The position numbers and the translations under genes are program-made. Shown piece by piece: positions 44,673-57,702 of a stretch of 64,000 bases of DNA; positions within the stretch are counted from its first letter, which is position 1, and every line of letters begins with the position of its first letter. The notes beneath the pieces were generated by a model. That model saw only the letters and a list, made by a program, of their open reading frames with translations, had not been told where the DNA came from and searched no databases. Source of the DNA: Actinomycetota bacterium (lineage in GTDB: Bacteria > Actinomycetota > UBA4738 > HRBIN12); assembly GCA_035559315.1 (NCBI GenBank), contig DATMBJ010000099.1, positions 60-64,059 of the forward strand. The letters run 5' to 3'.

Positions 44673-45329
44673 TCAGCGGGGCCTGATCACCACCCGGCGG
44701 TCGGGGTCCTCGCCGCGGCTCGTGCTGGTCACGCCGGGGATCTCCGCGACCGCGTCGTGGACGACCTTGCGTTCGTAGGCGTTCATCGGCTCGAGCTCCT
44801 CTTCGCGGCGGGTCCGCTGCACCCGCCGCGCGACCTCACGGGCCAGGGCCACGAGCCGATCGCGCCGGCGCCGTCGGTAGTCCTCCACGTCGACGACCAC
44901 CCGGCACCGCTCCCCCGTCCGCTTCGTGACGACCAGCCGGGTGAGATCCTGCAGCGACTCGAGCGTTTGCCCATGCCGCCCGATCAGGATCGCCGCGTCT
45001 CCCTCGTCCTCCCCCTCGACGTCGACGTACATCGTCCCGTCCTCGAGCGTGGGTTCGGCCGTCGCCTCGATGCCCATCTTGCGCAGGAGCTCCTCGAGGA
45101 AATCCGCGGCGATCTCCGCCTGCTCCTCCAGCTCCTCCTCGCCGAGGTCCTCGCGCGCCTCGCGTACCCGCACGCGGACGATCGCCTCCTGGGCCCCCAG
45201 CCCGAGGAAGCCGGTGCGCGGCTCCTGCACGACCTCGATCTCGGCCTCCTGCTCGCTCACCCCGAGCTCGGCGAGGGCGGCCTCCACGGCCTCCTCAACG
45301 CTTGGGCCGCTTCTTTCGATCTCCCTCAC
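44673..45329 (-). CDS. jag: Jag/KhpB RNA-binding protein (KH and R3H domains)
   Basis: The N-terminus reads GPSVEEAVEAALAELGVS. The C-terminal R3H region is LEPMNAYERKVVHDAV. The position after yidC is conserved. Confidence 0.88.
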   Translation of the reverse strand: MREIERSGPSVEEAVEAALAELGVSEQEAEIEVVQEPRTGFLGLGAQEAIVRVRVREAREDLGEEELEEQAEIAADFLEELLRKMGIEATAEPTLEDGTMYVDVEGEDEGDAAILIGRHGQTLESLQDLTRLVVTKRTGERCRVVVDVEDYRRRRRDRLVALAREVARRVQRTRREEELEPMNAYERKVVHDAVAEIPGVTSTSRGEDPDRRVVIRPR

Positions 45330-46320
45330 GGCTGCCTCCCGGCCGTCGTCCCTCGCCCTTCCCCTTCGGGCTCGACGGGCCCTGGTCTCCCTCGGCGTCG
45401 GCGCCCCGCAGCCTCGCCACCAGGCCCCCGCCCCCGCTCCGCTTCGCCGGGACCCCCTTGCCCGCGTCCCCCCACGCCTGCGGGCCGATGTGGCCCGCCT
45501 TGAGCAGGACGTACTGCTGCCCGATCTGGAGGATGTTGGAAACCGTCCAGTAGACCACCAAGCCCGCTGGGAACGTGAACCCGAAGATGCCGAACATCAG
45601 CGGCATCACGCGGGTGAGCATCTGCTGCTGTGGGTTCTGGCTCCCGGGCGGGCTCGCCTGCTGCATCTGCCGAGACTGGTAGTAGGTCGTGGCGATCATC
45701 AGGAGGGCGAGCAGGTAGTAGGGGACCCGCACGAGGGCGCCCTGGCCGCAATGGAGCGTGATCACGTCGGGCTGCCCCGGGGCCGCCTGCTGGTTCGGGA
45801 TCTCGACCACGGGCTTGCCCGCGTCGATCGCCGTGCACAGGAGGTTCATCCCCAGGAAGTCGGTGGTCGGGTTGGGCTCGCCGTCGTAGATCTGGGCCTC
45901 GATGCCCCTCCAGAGGCGGCTCTCCTCGGGCAGATGCAACGGCTGCTGGGGGAAGCGGATCACCGAGTACATGGCGATCAGGATCGGGAACTGCAGCAGC
46001 ACCGGCCAACACCCGGAGAACGGGTTGACCCCGTGCTCCTTGTACAGCCGCATGATCTCCTCCTGCTGCCGCTGCTTGTTCCCCTTGTACTTCTGCTGGA
46101 TCTGCCGCACCTTCGGCTGGATCGCCTGCATCGCCTGCATGGACTTGATCTGCTTCACGCCCAGCGGGAAGAGGACCAGCCGGATCAGCACGGTCAGGAT
46201 GATGATGGTGACGCCGAAGTTCGGGATCACGTCGTAGATCCGGGCCAGGAGCCACCCCAGCCCGTCCAGGAGGCCCTGCCAGAGGGGCGACCACGGCACC
46301 TGTGCGATCACCGGACCCAC
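45295..46320 (-). CDS. yidC: membrane protein insertase YidC
   Basis: GVTIIILTVLIRLVLFPLGVKQIKSMQAMQAIQPKVRQIQQKYK...MRLYKEHGVNPFSGCWPVLLQFPIL...GLVVYWTVSN matches YidC. Confidence 0.9.
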   Translation of the reverse strand: MGPVIAQVPWSPLWQGLLDGLGWLLARIYDVIPNFGVTIIILTVLIRLVLFPLGVKQIKSMQAMQAIQPKVRQIQQKYKGNKQRQQEEIMRLYKEHGVNPFSGCWPVLLQFPILIAMYSVIRFPQQPLHLPEESRLWRGIEAQIYDGEPNPTTDFLGMNLLCTAIDAGKPVVEIPNQQAAPGQPDVITLHCGQGALVRVPYYLLALLMIATTYYQSRQMQQASPPGSQNPQQQMLTRVMPLMFGIFGFTFPAGLVVYWTVSNILQIGQQYVLLKAGHIGPQAWGDAGKGVPAKRSGGGGLVARLRGADAEGDQGPSSPKGKGEGRRPGGSREGDRKKRPKR

Positions 46321-46622
46321 CGGGCGCCCCGCAGTTGTATGACTTCATCATACCCGAGCCGGCTCCGCGCCCCCGGCGGCACGTGGTCCACGCCGCCGGT
46401 GGTGAACGGTCCGCACCTCGCGAGGCGCCATGCCGCCATCGCGCTCCCGCGGATCGCGCCGTGCTCCAGGATCGCCTCCTCGGCGTAGCGCGAGCACGTG
46501 GGATAGAACCGGCACTGCCCGCCGAGCCAGCCGGACAGGAACAGGCGGTACGCACGGATCAGGCCGACCAGCGCGGCACGCGCCGGGGCGCCCGCCGCCC
46601 ACAGGATCGCGCGCGCCCTCAC
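46308..46622 (-). CDS. yidD: membrane protein insertion efficiency factor YidD
   Basis: LIRAYRLFLSGWLGGQCRFYPTCSRYAEEAILEHG...RLARCGPFTTGGVDHVP matches YidD. The GTG start overlaps the rnpA stop (GTGA). Confidence 0.8.
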   Translation of the reverse strand: MRARAILWAAGAPARAALVGLIRAYRLFLSGWLGGQCRFYPTCSRYAEEAILEHGAIRGSAMAAWRLARCGPFTTGGVDHVPPGARSRLGYDEVIQLRGARWVR

Positions 46623-46912
46623 GCGCGCACCACCCCGGCCCTTCGGAGCAGCTCGGTCATCTCGGCCACCAGGTCCTGCGTCTTCGCCCCCCGGATCGAC
46701 GCGCGGGCCACCCACACGATGTCCGCCTCCTCGACCAGGAGCGGACGGACCTCGCGCCACGCGGCCCGCAGCACGCGCCGCGCACGGTTCCGCTCGACGG
46801 CGCCGCCGACCTTCTTCCCGGCGACGAACGCCGCCCGCCCGGGCCCCCGCGCGAGGAAGGCTACCACCCGCCTTCCCCGGACGGGCCGGCCCTCGCGGAG
46901 CACCCGCTCCAC
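46619..46912 (-). CDS. rnpA: ribonuclease P protein component
   Basis: FVAGKKVGGAVERNRARRVLRAAWRE is present and the position after rpmH is conserved. The GTG start at 46912 may be slightly too short. Confidence 0.8.
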   Translation of the reverse strand: MERVLREGRPVRGRRVVAFLARGPGRAAFVAGKKVGGAVERNRARRVLRAAWREVRPLLVEEADIVWVARASIRGAKTQDLVAEMTELLRRAGVVRA

Positions 46913-46945
46913 GTCGCCCCCGCGCAGGCCGGGCCTCCGGGGCGC

Positions 46946-47083
46946 CTAGACCGCCAGCCGGCTCCGGCCCTTGGCCCGCCGCCTGGCGAGGATGGCCCGG
47001 CCCGCCCGGGTCCGCATCCGGATCCGGAACCCGTGGGTCTTCTTCCGCCGGCGGTTGTTCGGCTGGTACGTGCGCTTGGACAT
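46946..47083 (-). CDS. rpmH: 50S ribosomal protein L34
   Basis: My own reverse-strand translation is [45 protein letters not shown]. It is below the ORF-track size cut-off. Confidence 0.93.
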   Translation of the reverse strand: MSKRTYQPNNRRRKKTHGFRIRMRTRAGRAILARRRAKGRSRLAV

Positions 47084-47272
47084 CGTTGGCTCCCCGCGGG
47101 TGACGCCGGCTCGCCGCCGGCGGAGGCAGTATACGGGCTCGGCGGCAGGCGGGCGGCGGGAGAAAGACCGTCAAAACCCCGCCGCTCGCTTCATGGCGGC
47201 GGGGGGCCGATGCTATAGTCCGGCCGCTCGAGGCCCGGCCCACGGCTCGGGCCTCGTCCCTTCCCCGGGAGG

Positions 47273-47305
47273 TTTTCCACAACTGTGGAAAGGTTCTGTG
47301 GATAC
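47273..47305. promoter_or_regulatory. three DnaA boxes immediately upstream of dnaA
   Basis: TTTTCCACA is at 47273-47281. TGTGGAAAG at 47284-47292 is the complement of CTTTCCACA. TGTGGATAC at 47297-47305 is the complement of GTATCCACA. All three match the TCCACA core. Confidence 0.7.
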
Positions 47306-47307
47306 GG

Positions 47308-48678
47308 ATGGCGGTCGCGTCCGAGGAACAGCTAGCTGAGCGGACCTGGTCACACGTCATCGAGCGGGCGCGGAGCGAGCTCCCGGAGAGCTCGTACGCC
47401 ATGTGGTTCAGCGGCGTCCGCGCGACCTCCCTCCGGGACGGCGTCCTCGAGGTCCTCGCTCCCTCGGCCTACGTCCGCGACTGGCTCGCCCGCCACTACC
47501 TCGGCCTGATCACCGCCGCGGCGACCGAGGCCCTCGGCCGGGAGGTCCGGGTGCGCCTCGACGCCGACCACCAACCGCGGCGGCCGACGGGCGAGCCTCC
47601 CCGCGCGGCGGCCCCCCTGCCCACGGCCCCCCGGGCCGCGGCCCCCGGCCTCCCCTTCCCCAACTACACCTTCGACGCCTTCGTCCCCGGGCCTTCCAAC
47701 CGCTTCGCCCACGCGGCGGCGATGGCGGTGGCCGAGGCGCCGCCTTCCCGCGCCTACAACCCGCTGTTCATCTACGGCGGGGTGGGGCTCGGCAAGACCC
47801 ATCTCCTGGTGGCGATCGGGCACCACATGTTCCGCCTGAACGCGGCCCTCCGGGTGAAGTACGTGACCAGCGAGCAGTTCGTCACCGAGTTCATCCGGGC
47901 CGTCCGCGAGCGCCAGGGCTACCAGTTCCAGCAGCGCTACCGCGAGGTCGACGTGCTGCTCGTGGACGACATCCAGTTCCTCGCCAAGCGCGAGGAGACC
48001 CAGACGGAGTTCTTCCACACCTTCAACCACCTCCACGGGGCCGAGCGGCAGATCGTGATCGCCTCCGACCGGGCCCCGCAGGAGCTCTCGGGCATGGAGG
48101 AACGTCTCCGGAACCGGTTCCGGTGGGGCCTGTGCGTCGACGTGCAGCCCCCCGACCTGGAGACCCGGATCGCGATCCTCCAGCTCAAGGCCCAGCGGGA
48201 CGATATCCACGTCCCCGACGAGGTCGTGGAGTTCATCGCCAGCAAGTTCGACCAGAGCGTCCGGGAGCTCGAGGGCGCCCTCGTCCGCGTCGTGGCCTGG
48301 AGCGAGCTCACCGGCCAGCCAATCGACATCGGCCTCGCCGAGCGCGCGCTGCAGGACCTGATCCCCCAGACGGAGGCGGAGATCCCGGCCCAGCTGATCA
48401 TCGAGGAGACCGCCCGGTACTTCGGCCTCACGCCCCACGACCTGGTCTCCAAGAACCGCTCCCGGCCGCTCACCACGGCACGCCACGTCGCGATGTACCT
48501 GCTCCGGGAGTTCACCGGCCAGTCGCTGATCAAGATCGGCGAGATCTTCGACCGGGACCACACCACGGCCCTGCACGGCATCAAGAAGATCGAACAGAAC
48601 ATGCGGGCGCGCGACACCACCTACCGCCAGGTCCAGGACCTCACGCGGATCATCCGCGGCCGCGCCCGGGGTGCGTGA
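47308..48678 (+). CDS. dnaA: chromosomal replication initiator protein DnaA
   Basis: YTFDAFVPGPSNRFAHAAA, the AAA+ motif NPLFIYGGVGLGKTHLL, VDVLLVDDIQF, and the domain IV sequence RPLTTARHVAMYLLRE...TTALHGIKKI are present. Confidence 0.95.
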   Translation: MAVASEEQLAERTWSHVIERARSELPESSYAMWFSGVRATSLRDGVLEVLAPSAYVRDWLARHYLGLITAAATEALGREVRVRLDADHQPRRPTGEPPRAAAPLPTAPRAAAPGLPFPNYTFDAFVPGPSNRFAHAAAMAVAEAPPSRAYNPLFIYGGVGLGKTHLLVAIGHHMFRLNAALRVKYVTSEQFVTEFIRAVRERQGYQFQQRYREVDVLLVDDIQFLAKREETQTEFFHTFNHLHGAERQIVIASDRAPQELSGMEERLRNRFRWGLCVDVQPPDLETRIAILQLKAQRDDIHVPDEVVEFIASKFDQSVRELEGALVRVVAWSELTGQPIDIGLAERALQDLIPQTEAEIPAQLIIEETARYFGLTPHDLVSKNRSRPLTTARHVAMYLLREFTGQSLIKIGEIFDRDHTTALHGIKKIEQNMRARDTTYRQVQDLTRIIRGRARGA

Positions 48679-48871
48679 GGGTGGGGATACGCTCTGCACG
48701 GCTCCTCCGTCCGTCGGCGCGCGCCCGCGCCCTCGCGGGGCTCTCCCCAGGCTTTCCCCATGTCGGCGAGGCGTCCTACGCTGGGCGCATGGTGGGTCGG
48801 CCCACTTCTCCACAGCCACCGACACCACCAGATGAGAACGAAGGAAACGATGGTTGCGAGGGGGTGGGAAT

Positions 48872-49975
48872 GTGAAGTTCCGCTGCGACCGTGATGCGCT
48901 CTCCGAGGCCCTCCAGACCGTGCAGCGCGCGGTCTCGGCGAGGCCGGGCATCCCGGCGCTGACCGGGGTGCTCCTGGAGGCGGCCGAGGGAGGAGCGCTC
49001 ACGCTGACGACGACGGACCTCGAGGTCTCGGCGCGGCTCGAGACCCTCGTGCAGGTCCAGGAGGCGGGGGTGGCCCTGGTCCCCGCCCGGCTGCTGGCCG
49101 AGACCGTGAAGAGCCTGGCCGATGCGCCGGTGGACGTGGAGGCCGACCAGGGCCAGCTCCGGATCCGGTCGGCGGCGTTCGAGGGGGCGCTCCGGCTCCT
49201 GCCGGCCGAGGATTTCCCGCAGGTGCAGGGGCCGACGGGGACCCGGGTGGTGCTCGGGGCGGGAGCGTTCGCCGAGGCCGTGGGACAGGTCGCGCGCGCC
49301 GCGTCCCGCGACGAGGCGCGGCCGGTGTTGACGGGGGTCCTCGTGGAGGTGAGCCGGGAGGGGGTGACGCTCGTCGCCACCGATTCGTACCGCCTGGCGA
49401 TCAGGGAGCTGGTCGCGACCTCGGAGGGGGAGGCCAAGGCCATCGTGCCGGAGCGCGCGATCTCGGAGGCCGGGCGGGCGGCGGCCGGGGACGAGAAGGC
49501 GGAGGTGGAGCTGTTCCTGGACGAGGCGCAGGCCGCGTTCAGGGTGGGCGGGCTCACGCTGACCTCCCGCCTGATCGAGGGGGAGTTCCCGAACTACCGC
49601 CAGCTGGTGCCCGAGGGCTACGAGAACCGGCTCACGGCATCCCGACAGCAGCTGATCGACGCGGTCCGGCGGGTGGGGCTCCTGGCCCGGGACACCAGCC
49701 CGGTGCGGATGGAGTTCAACGCGCTCGGGGTCCGGCTCTCGTCGTCCTCCCCGGACCTGGGGCAGGCGGTGGAGACCGTCGAGGCGCGGTACGAGGGAGA
49801 AGAACTGACGATCGCCTTCAACCCCAGCTACCTCGCCGACGGGCTGGCCGCGGTGACGGGGGAGACCGTCCGGCTCGAGGTCCGAGACGGGCTGAAGCCC
49901 GGGGTGATCCGGGGGGAGGGGGACGAGTTCGTCTACCTGGTGATGCCGGTGCGGCTCCCGGCGCCCGTGGGCTGA
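48872..49975 (+). CDS. dnaN: DNA polymerase III beta sliding clamp
   Basis: VKFRCDRDALSEALQTVQRAV...PALTGVLLEA...LTLTTTDLEVS...ATDSYRLA...LIEGEFPNYRQL...YLVMPVR matches DnaN. The GTG at 48872 has the SD GAGGGGG. Confidence 0.93.
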   Translation: MKFRCDRDALSEALQTVQRAVSARPGIPALTGVLLEAAEGGALTLTTTDLEVSARLETLVQVQEAGVALVPARLLAETVKSLADAPVDVEADQGQLRIRSAAFEGALRLLPAEDFPQVQGPTGTRVVLGAGAFAEAVGQVARAASRDEARPVLTGVLVEVSREGVTLVATDSYRLAIRELVATSEGEAKAIVPERAISEAGRAAAGDEKAEVELFLDEAQAAFRVGGLTLTSRLIEGEFPNYRQLVPEGYENRLTASRQQLIDAVRRVGLLARDTSPVRMEFNALGVRLSSSSPDLGQAVETVEARYEGEELTIAFNPSYLADGLAAVTGETVRLEVRDGLKPGVIRGEGDEFVYLVMPVRLPAPVG

Positions 49976-49987
49976 GCCGCTGGCGGC

Positions 49988-51079
49988 GTGCGCGTCCTCT
50001 GGGCGGAGCTCCGGGACTTCCGGAACCACGCGGCGACCGAGCTGGGCCCGATCCCGGAGGGGCTCGTGGCGATCGTGGGACCGAACGGCGCCGGGAAGAG
50101 CAACCTCCTGGAGGGGGTGTACTACGCGCTCACGCTGGCATCGCCCCGCGCGGCGAGCCCTGCGGCCCTGGTGCGCCGGGGGGCCGAGGCGGCCTACGTC
50201 CGGGCCGAGGTCGAGACGCGGGAGGGGAGGGCCCTGATCGAGATCGAGGTGCCGGCGGGACGGGCCAGCAGGGTGCAGCTGAACCGGTCCCCGGTCCGCC
50301 GCAAGCGGGACCTCCGGCGTCGGGTCCGGGGGGTGTCGTTCGGGCCCGAGGACCTCGAGTTCGTGCGCGGCGAGCCTGGGGCGCGACGGCGCTTCATGGA
50401 CGAGGCCGTGGCCACGCTCTGGCCGCTGCGGGAGGGGCTCGCGACCGCGTACGACCGCGCCCTCCGGCAGCGGAACCGGCTGCTCAAGGAGTGGGAGGGC
50501 GGCCCGCCCCCGCCGGGGCTGGAGGCCTGGGACGCGGAGCTCGTCGCCACAGGGTCGGCGTTGATGCGGGCCCGAGCGGAGGCGATCGGGCGGGTGGAGG
50601 GACCGGCGGCGGAGGCCTTCCGAGCCGTGGCGGGCTACGGGCTGGCCTGCCGGTACGTGCCCTCGGTGTGGGGCGACGACCTGGAGGCGGCCTTCGCGGC
50701 GCGGCTCGCGGAGCGCAGGGAGGACGAGCTCGTCCGCCGGGCGAGCCTGGTCGGGCCCCACCGGGACGAGCTGGAGCTCGCGGTGCGGGAGATGGGCCTC
50801 CGGGCCTTCGGATCGCACGGGGAGGCGTGGGCGGCCGCGGTCGCGCTGCGGCTGGGGTTGGCCCGGGCGGTGGAGGAAGAGGTGGGGGAGGCCCCGGTCC
50901 TGTTCCTCGACGACCCGCTGGCGCCGCTCGACCCCGAGCGCCAGCGGCGGGTGGCGGATCTCCTCGCGGGCCGTGGGCAGGTCTTCATGGCGGTGGCGGA
51001 CGAGGCCCACGTGCCGGCCGGGGCGGCCGCCGTCTGGGAGGTACGGGCGGGCGTGGTGCGGGTGCGCCAGGGGGTCTAG
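49988..51079 (+). CDS. recF: DNA replication/repair protein RecF
   Basis: LRDFRNH...IVGPNGAGKSNLLEGV is followed by the signature FGSHGE and LFLDDPLAPLD. Confidence 0.92.
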   Translation: MRVLWAELRDFRNHAATELGPIPEGLVAIVGPNGAGKSNLLEGVYYALTLASPRAASPAALVRRGAEAAYVRAEVETREGRALIEIEVPAGRASRVQLNRSPVRRKRDLRRRVRGVSFGPEDLEFVRGEPGARRRFMDEAVATLWPLREGLATAYDRALRQRNRLLKEWEGGPPPPGLEAWDAELVATGSALMRARAEAIGRVEGPAAEAFRAVAGYGLACRYVPSVWGDDLEAAFAARLAERREDELVRRASLVGPHRDELELAVREMGLRAFGSHGEAWAAAVALRLGLARAVEEEVGEAPVLFLDDPLAPLDPERQRRVADLLAGRGQVFMAVADEAHVPAGAAAVWEVRAGVVRVRQGV

Positions 51080-51081
51080 GG

Positions 51082-53525
<2,444 letters not shown>

Positions 53526-53535
53526 GGCCCGCCGG

Positions 53536-55977
53536 ATGAGCCAGGACCCCGCCGTCGGTCGGATCGAGCCGGTCACGCTCGAGGAGGAGATCCAGCGCTC
53601 CTACCTCGACTACGCGATGTCCGTCATCGTCGGGCGCGCCCTGCCCGACGTCCGGGACGGGCTCAAGCCGGTGCAGCGGCGGATCCTCTGGTCGATGCTG
53701 GAGGCGGGGCTGCGCCCCGACCGGCCGTACCGGAAGTCCTCGCACACGGTCGGCGAGGTGATGGGGAAGTACCACCCCCACGGCGACCAGGCGATCTACG
53801 ACGCCCTGGCCCGGATGGCGCAGCCGTTCACGCTCCGCTACCCCCTGATCGACGGGCACGGGAACTTCGGTTCGGTGGACGGGGACCCCCCGGCCGCGAT
53901 GCGCTACACGGAGGCCCGCCTGGCGCCGATCGCGCTCGAGCTGCTCCGGGACATCGACGCGGAGACCGTGGATCTCGTCCCGAACTACGACGGGTACCAC
54001 CAGGAGCCCGCGGTCCTCCCGGCGCGCTTCCCGAACCTCCTGGCCAACGGGGCGGGGGGCATCGCGGTGGGGATGGCCACGAACATCCCGCCGCACAACC
54101 TCGGCGAGGTGATCGACGCGGTCGTCCACTTCCTGGACCACCCGGATGCCACGCCGAAGGAGCTGATGCGGTTCATCCACGGGCCCGACTTCCCGAGCGG
54201 CGCGGTGATCATGGGCCGGGACGGGATCCGGGAGGCCTACGAGACCGGCCGGGGGTCGATCAAGGTCCGGGCGGTGGCGCAGATCGAGGAGACCTCGCAG
54301 GGGCGCCAGCGGATCGTCGTGACCGAGCTGCCCTACCAGGTGAACAAGGCCCGGCTGGCCGAGAAGATCGCCGAGCTCGTGCGGACCGGGCGGCTGAAGG
54401 ACATCGCGGACCTGCGGGACGAGTCCAACCGCCAGGGGATGCGGCTCGTGATCGAGCTGAAGCGGGGGGCGAACGCGCAGGTCGTCCTGAACCAGCTCTA
54501 CAAGCACACCCAGCTCCAGGACAGCTTCGGGGTGATCATGCTGGCGCTCGTCGGCGGCGTGCCCCGCGTGCTCAACCTGGCCGAGATGGTGGGCCACTAC
54601 GTGGACCACCAGGTCGAGGTGGTCACCCGGCGCACGCGGTTCGAGCTCCGCAAGGCCGAGGAGCGGGACCACATCGTCCAGGGGCTCCTCGTCGCCCTCG
54701 GGCACCTGGACGAGGTGATCCGGATCATCCGGGGCTCCCGCGACGCCGAGGAGGCCCGCGGGAAGCTGATGCGGAAGTTCAAGCTGACCGAGGTCCAGGC
54801 CAACCACATCCTCGACATGCCCCTCCGTCGGCTCACCCGCCTGGCCCGCGAGGAGCTCGAGCAGGAGCACCGCGACCTCCTGGCCCGGATCCGGCGGCTG
54901 CGGGCCCTGCTCAAGGACCCCAAGGCGATCCGCGGGGTGATCAAGGAGGAGCTCCTCGAGATCAAGCAGCGGTTCGCCGACGCCCGGCGGACGCAGATCC
55001 GGGCCGACGAGGGCGAGCTGGACGTGCTCGACCTGATCGCCGAGGAGGACGTGGTGATCACGGTATCCCGGGCCGGGTACGTGCGGCGGGTGCCGGTGGA
55101 CACGTTCCGCCGCCAGGGCCGGGGCGGGAAGGGCGTGCGGGGGGCGAACCTGAAGGAGGAGGACGTCATCTCCGACGTCTTCGTCACCACCACCCATCAC
55201 TGGCTCCTGTTCTTCACCACCCGTGGCCGGGTCTACCGGGTGAAGGTCCACGAGATCCCGGAGTCGGGGCGTACGGCGCGCGGGCTCTACGCCGCGAACC
55301 TGCCGGGGGTCGCGATCGAGAGCGGCGAGCGGATCAGCGCCGTGATCGACCTCAAGGACTACGGGGACGGGCGGTACCTGTTGTTCGCGACGCGGCGGGG
55401 GATGGTGAAGAAGACCCCGCTCGCCGAGTACGACTCCCCCCGGACGGGGCTCGTCGCCATCAACCTCCGGCCCGGCGACGAGCTGATCGACGTGAAGCTC
55501 ACGCGGGGCAAGGACGAGGTCATCCTCGTGTCCCGCAAGGGCCAGGCGATCCGGTTCAAGGAGGCCCTGGTGCGACCGATGGGACGGGCCACCTCCGGCG
55601 TGATCGGGATGCGGCTGGCCGAGGACGACGAGGTGATCGCGATGGGCCTGGCCTCCGAGGGGGAGGAGCTGATCACCGTCACCGAGCAGGGGTACGGGAA
55701 GCGCTCCCCGCTCAAGGACTACCCGACCAAGGGCCGCGGCGGGAAGGGCGTGGTGGGCCACAAGCTCACGCGGAAGACCGGCCTGCTCGCCGGGGCGTTC
55801 GTGGGGTCCAAGGACCAGGACATGTTCGTGATCTCCTCCACCGGCCAGGTGGTCCGGGTGCCGGCGGCCGAGATCCGCCGGGTGGGGCGGGCCTCGCAGG
55901 GCGTCCGCACCATGCGGGTGGAGGAGGGCCACGTCGTCGCCCTGGCCCCGGTGATCGTCCAGGACGGCAACCCCTAG
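53536..55977 (+). CDS. gyrA: DNA gyrase subunit A
   Basis: [50 protein letters not shown] and AMRYTEARL are present, followed by C-terminal beta-pinwheel repeats. Confidence 0.95.
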   Translation: MSQDPAVGRIEPVTLEEEIQRSYLDYAMSVIVGRALPDVRDGLKPVQRRILWSMLEAGLRPDRPYRKSSHTVGEVMGKYHPHGDQAIYDALARMAQPFTLRYPLIDGHGNFGSVDGDPPAAMRYTEARLAPIALELLRDIDAETVDLVPNYDGYHQEPAVLPARFPNLLANGAGGIAVGMATNIPPHNLGEVIDAVVHFLDHPDATPKELMRFIHGPDFPSGAVIMGRDGIREAYETGRGSIKVRAVAQIEETSQGRQRIVVTELPYQVNKARLAEKIAELVRTGRLKDIADLRDESNRQGMRLVIELKRGANAQVVLNQLYKHTQLQDSFGVIMLALVGGVPRVLNLAEMVGHYVDHQVEVVTRRTRFELRKAEERDHIVQGLLVALGHLDEVIRIIRGSRDAEEARGKLMRKFKLTEVQANHILDMPLRRLTRLAREELEQEHRDLLARIRRLRALLKDPKAIRGVIKEELLEIKQRFADARRTQIRADEGELDVLDLIAEEDVVITVSRAGYVRRVPVDTFRRQGRGGKGVRGANLKEEDVISDVFVTTTHHWLLFFTTRGRVYRVKVHEIPESGRTARGLYAANLPGVAIESGERISAVIDLKDYGDGRYLLFATRRGMVKKTPLAEYDSPRTGLVAINLRPGDELIDVKLTRGKDEVILVSRKGQAIRFKEALVRPMGRATSGVIGMRLAEDDEVIAMGLASEGEELITVTEQGYGKRSPLKDYPTKGRGGKGVVGHKLTRKTGLLAGAFVGSKDQDMFVISSTGQVVRVPAAEIRRVGRASQGVRTMRVEEGHVVALAPVIVQDGNP

Positions 55978-57239
55978 GTTCGGGACGGCCCGGGCCGGCC
56001 TCCGGGTCCGCCCTCGACCCGGGCGGCTTCGATGGGGACCCGGCGGAACGTGGCGTACAGCACGAGGTCGTAGACGACCTTGAGCGCGCCGGCCACGACG
56101 AAGGGAGCCCCCACCGCCAGGTGCTGCATCAGGAGGCCGGCCGCGGCCGGGCCCACGGGGCGGGCCACGGAGCGCGCCGTGTTCGTGAAGGCGGCGGCGG
56201 CCGTCCGCTCCGGCGGCTCGACCAGGGCCACCACGTACGCCTGGCGGGCGGGCACGTCCATCTGCGAGAGGGCGAACCGGGCCAGGAGGATCGCGATGGC
56301 CGCGCCCAGGGAGGGAGCGAGCGGGACCAGGGCCAGCAGCACGTTCGACGGCAGGTGGGTGAAGACCATGGTCTCGAGGAGCCCGATCCGACCCCCGAGC
56401 CGCCCCGCGGCGACCGAGGAGGCCGCCTGGAGCAGGCCGGCCCCGAAGAACACCGCCCCCATGAGCTCCGGGGTGGCGCCGAACCGACGGCGGAACCAGA
56501 ACACCAGGAACGTCTGGACCACGAACCCGCCGGCGAAGGCGTCGAGCCCGAACAGACCGGCCAGCCGGAGGACCATCGACCGGGACGCCCCGAGGGGGGT
56601 CGTCCGGCCCCCGGGCCCGGCCGGGGACGCCCCCCTCCCCTCCACCGCCCCCGAGAGGCGGGAGGCCAGCCCGACGCAGGCCGCGGCGACCGGGGGGAAG
56701 GCCAGGAGCCAGCGCTGGGCCGGCGGGAGGGAGGGCAGCACGTCGCGCAGCGCGGCCGGCCCCCCGGCGGCCAGCGCGCCCACCGCCCCCGCCACGTAGG
56801 CCACGGCGTTGTAGCGGCCGAACACGCGAGCCCGGGCCCGGTGAGGGACCTCGCCGATCATGGCCTGCTCCAGCGAGGTGATGGGCCCGGACTCGTTGGG
56901 GTCGGTGGAGAGCGTCCCGGTCAGGGCGGCCGCCACCAGGAGGGCCGGGTGGTCGGTCAGCGCGTACACGGTCCCGGCGACCCCCATCACGGCGAGCAGC
57001 CCCGCGTACGCCCGGCGGCGGCCGATCCGGTCCCCGGCCAGCCCCACGGCCACCGAGCTGACCGCCAGCCCGACCAGCATCGCCGAGAACACCAGGCCGG
57101 CCTCGACCTCCGAGACGCCGGCGGCGGCGAGGGACGACCCGATCAGCACGCTCCCGAGCCCGTACACGAAGGCCCGGAGGGCCTGGACGCCGAGGATCAG
57201 GCGGAGGTCGCGGACGACGGTCTCCACGGGACCTAGCAT
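55974..57239 (-). CDS. MFS transporter
   Basis: The ATG at 57239 lies within ORF 55974..57635. The protein is polytopic, with GDRIGRRR between TM2 and TM3. Its 3' end overlaps the gyrA stop. Confidence 0.8.
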   Translation of the reverse strand: MLGPVETVVRDLRLILGVQALRAFVYGLGSVLIGSSLAAAGVSEVEAGLVFSAMLVGLAVSSVAVGLAGDRIGRRRAYAGLLAVMGVAGTVYALTDHPALLVAAALTGTLSTDPNESGPITSLEQAMIGEVPHRARARVFGRYNAVAYVAGAVGALAAGGPAALRDVLPSLPPAQRWLLAFPPVAAACVGLASRLSGAVEGRGASPAGPGGRTTPLGASRSMVLRLAGLFGLDAFAGGFVVQTFLVFWFRRRFGATPELMGAVFFGAGLLQAASSVAAGRLGGRIGLLETMVFTHLPSNVLLALVPLAPSLGAAIAILLARFALSQMDVPARQAYVVALVEPPERTAAAAFTNTARSVARPVGPAAAGLLMQHLAVGAPFVVAGALKVVYDLVLYATFRRVPIEAARVEGGPGGRPGPSRT

Positions 57240-57254
57240 GACGCCCGGGGCACG

Positions 57255-57698
57255 ATGGCGGGGGGCACGATGGCGGGGGACGCGACGGCCGGGAACTACG
57301 AGATCCTCGAGCACACCGCGGACGTCGGGATCCGGGCCTGGGGGCCGACCCTGGCCGAGGCGCTCGAGCAGGCGGCCCGGGGGCTGGTCGAGCTCCTGGG
57401 GGCGGGGCTCGAAGGACCGGGGCGCACCCGCCGGATCGCGGTGGAGGCCGAGGACCCAGGGGCCCTGGCGGTCGAGTTCCTCAACGAGCTGCTGTTCCTC
57501 CACGAGACCGAGGAGGCGGGGTTCGGGGGGGTCCGGGTGGTCCGCGCCGACGACCGGCGGGCGGAGGCGGAGGTCGAGCTGATCCCGCTCCCCGGCGAGC
57601 CGGAGGGGACCGCGGTGAAGGCGGCGACCTATCATCGGTTGGCGGTGGAACGTCGACCCGACGGGGCCGTCGAGCTCCGGGTCTACCTGGACGTGTAG
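57255..57698 (+). CDS. archease (RtcB activator)
   Basis: YEILEHTADVGIRAWG...VKAATYHRLAV matches archease. It lies directly upstream of rtcB. The ATG at 57270 is an equally good start because of a 15-nt duplication. Confidence 0.85.
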   Translation: MAGGTMAGDATAGNYEILEHTADVGIRAWGPTLAEALEQAARGLVELLGAGLEGPGRTRRIAVEAEDPGALAVEFLNELLFLHETEEAGFGGVRVVRADDRRAEAEVELIPLPGEPEGTAVKAATYHRLAVERRPDGAVELRVYLDV

Positions 57699-57702
57699 GC
57701 GG

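Noticed and set aside
46913-46945. Longer N-terminus for rnpA
   Set aside because: The frame upstream of the GTG at 46912 runs straight into the rpmH stop codon (TAG at 46946-46948, in frame). It offers only a CTG as an alternative start, so the GTG was kept with reduced confidence.
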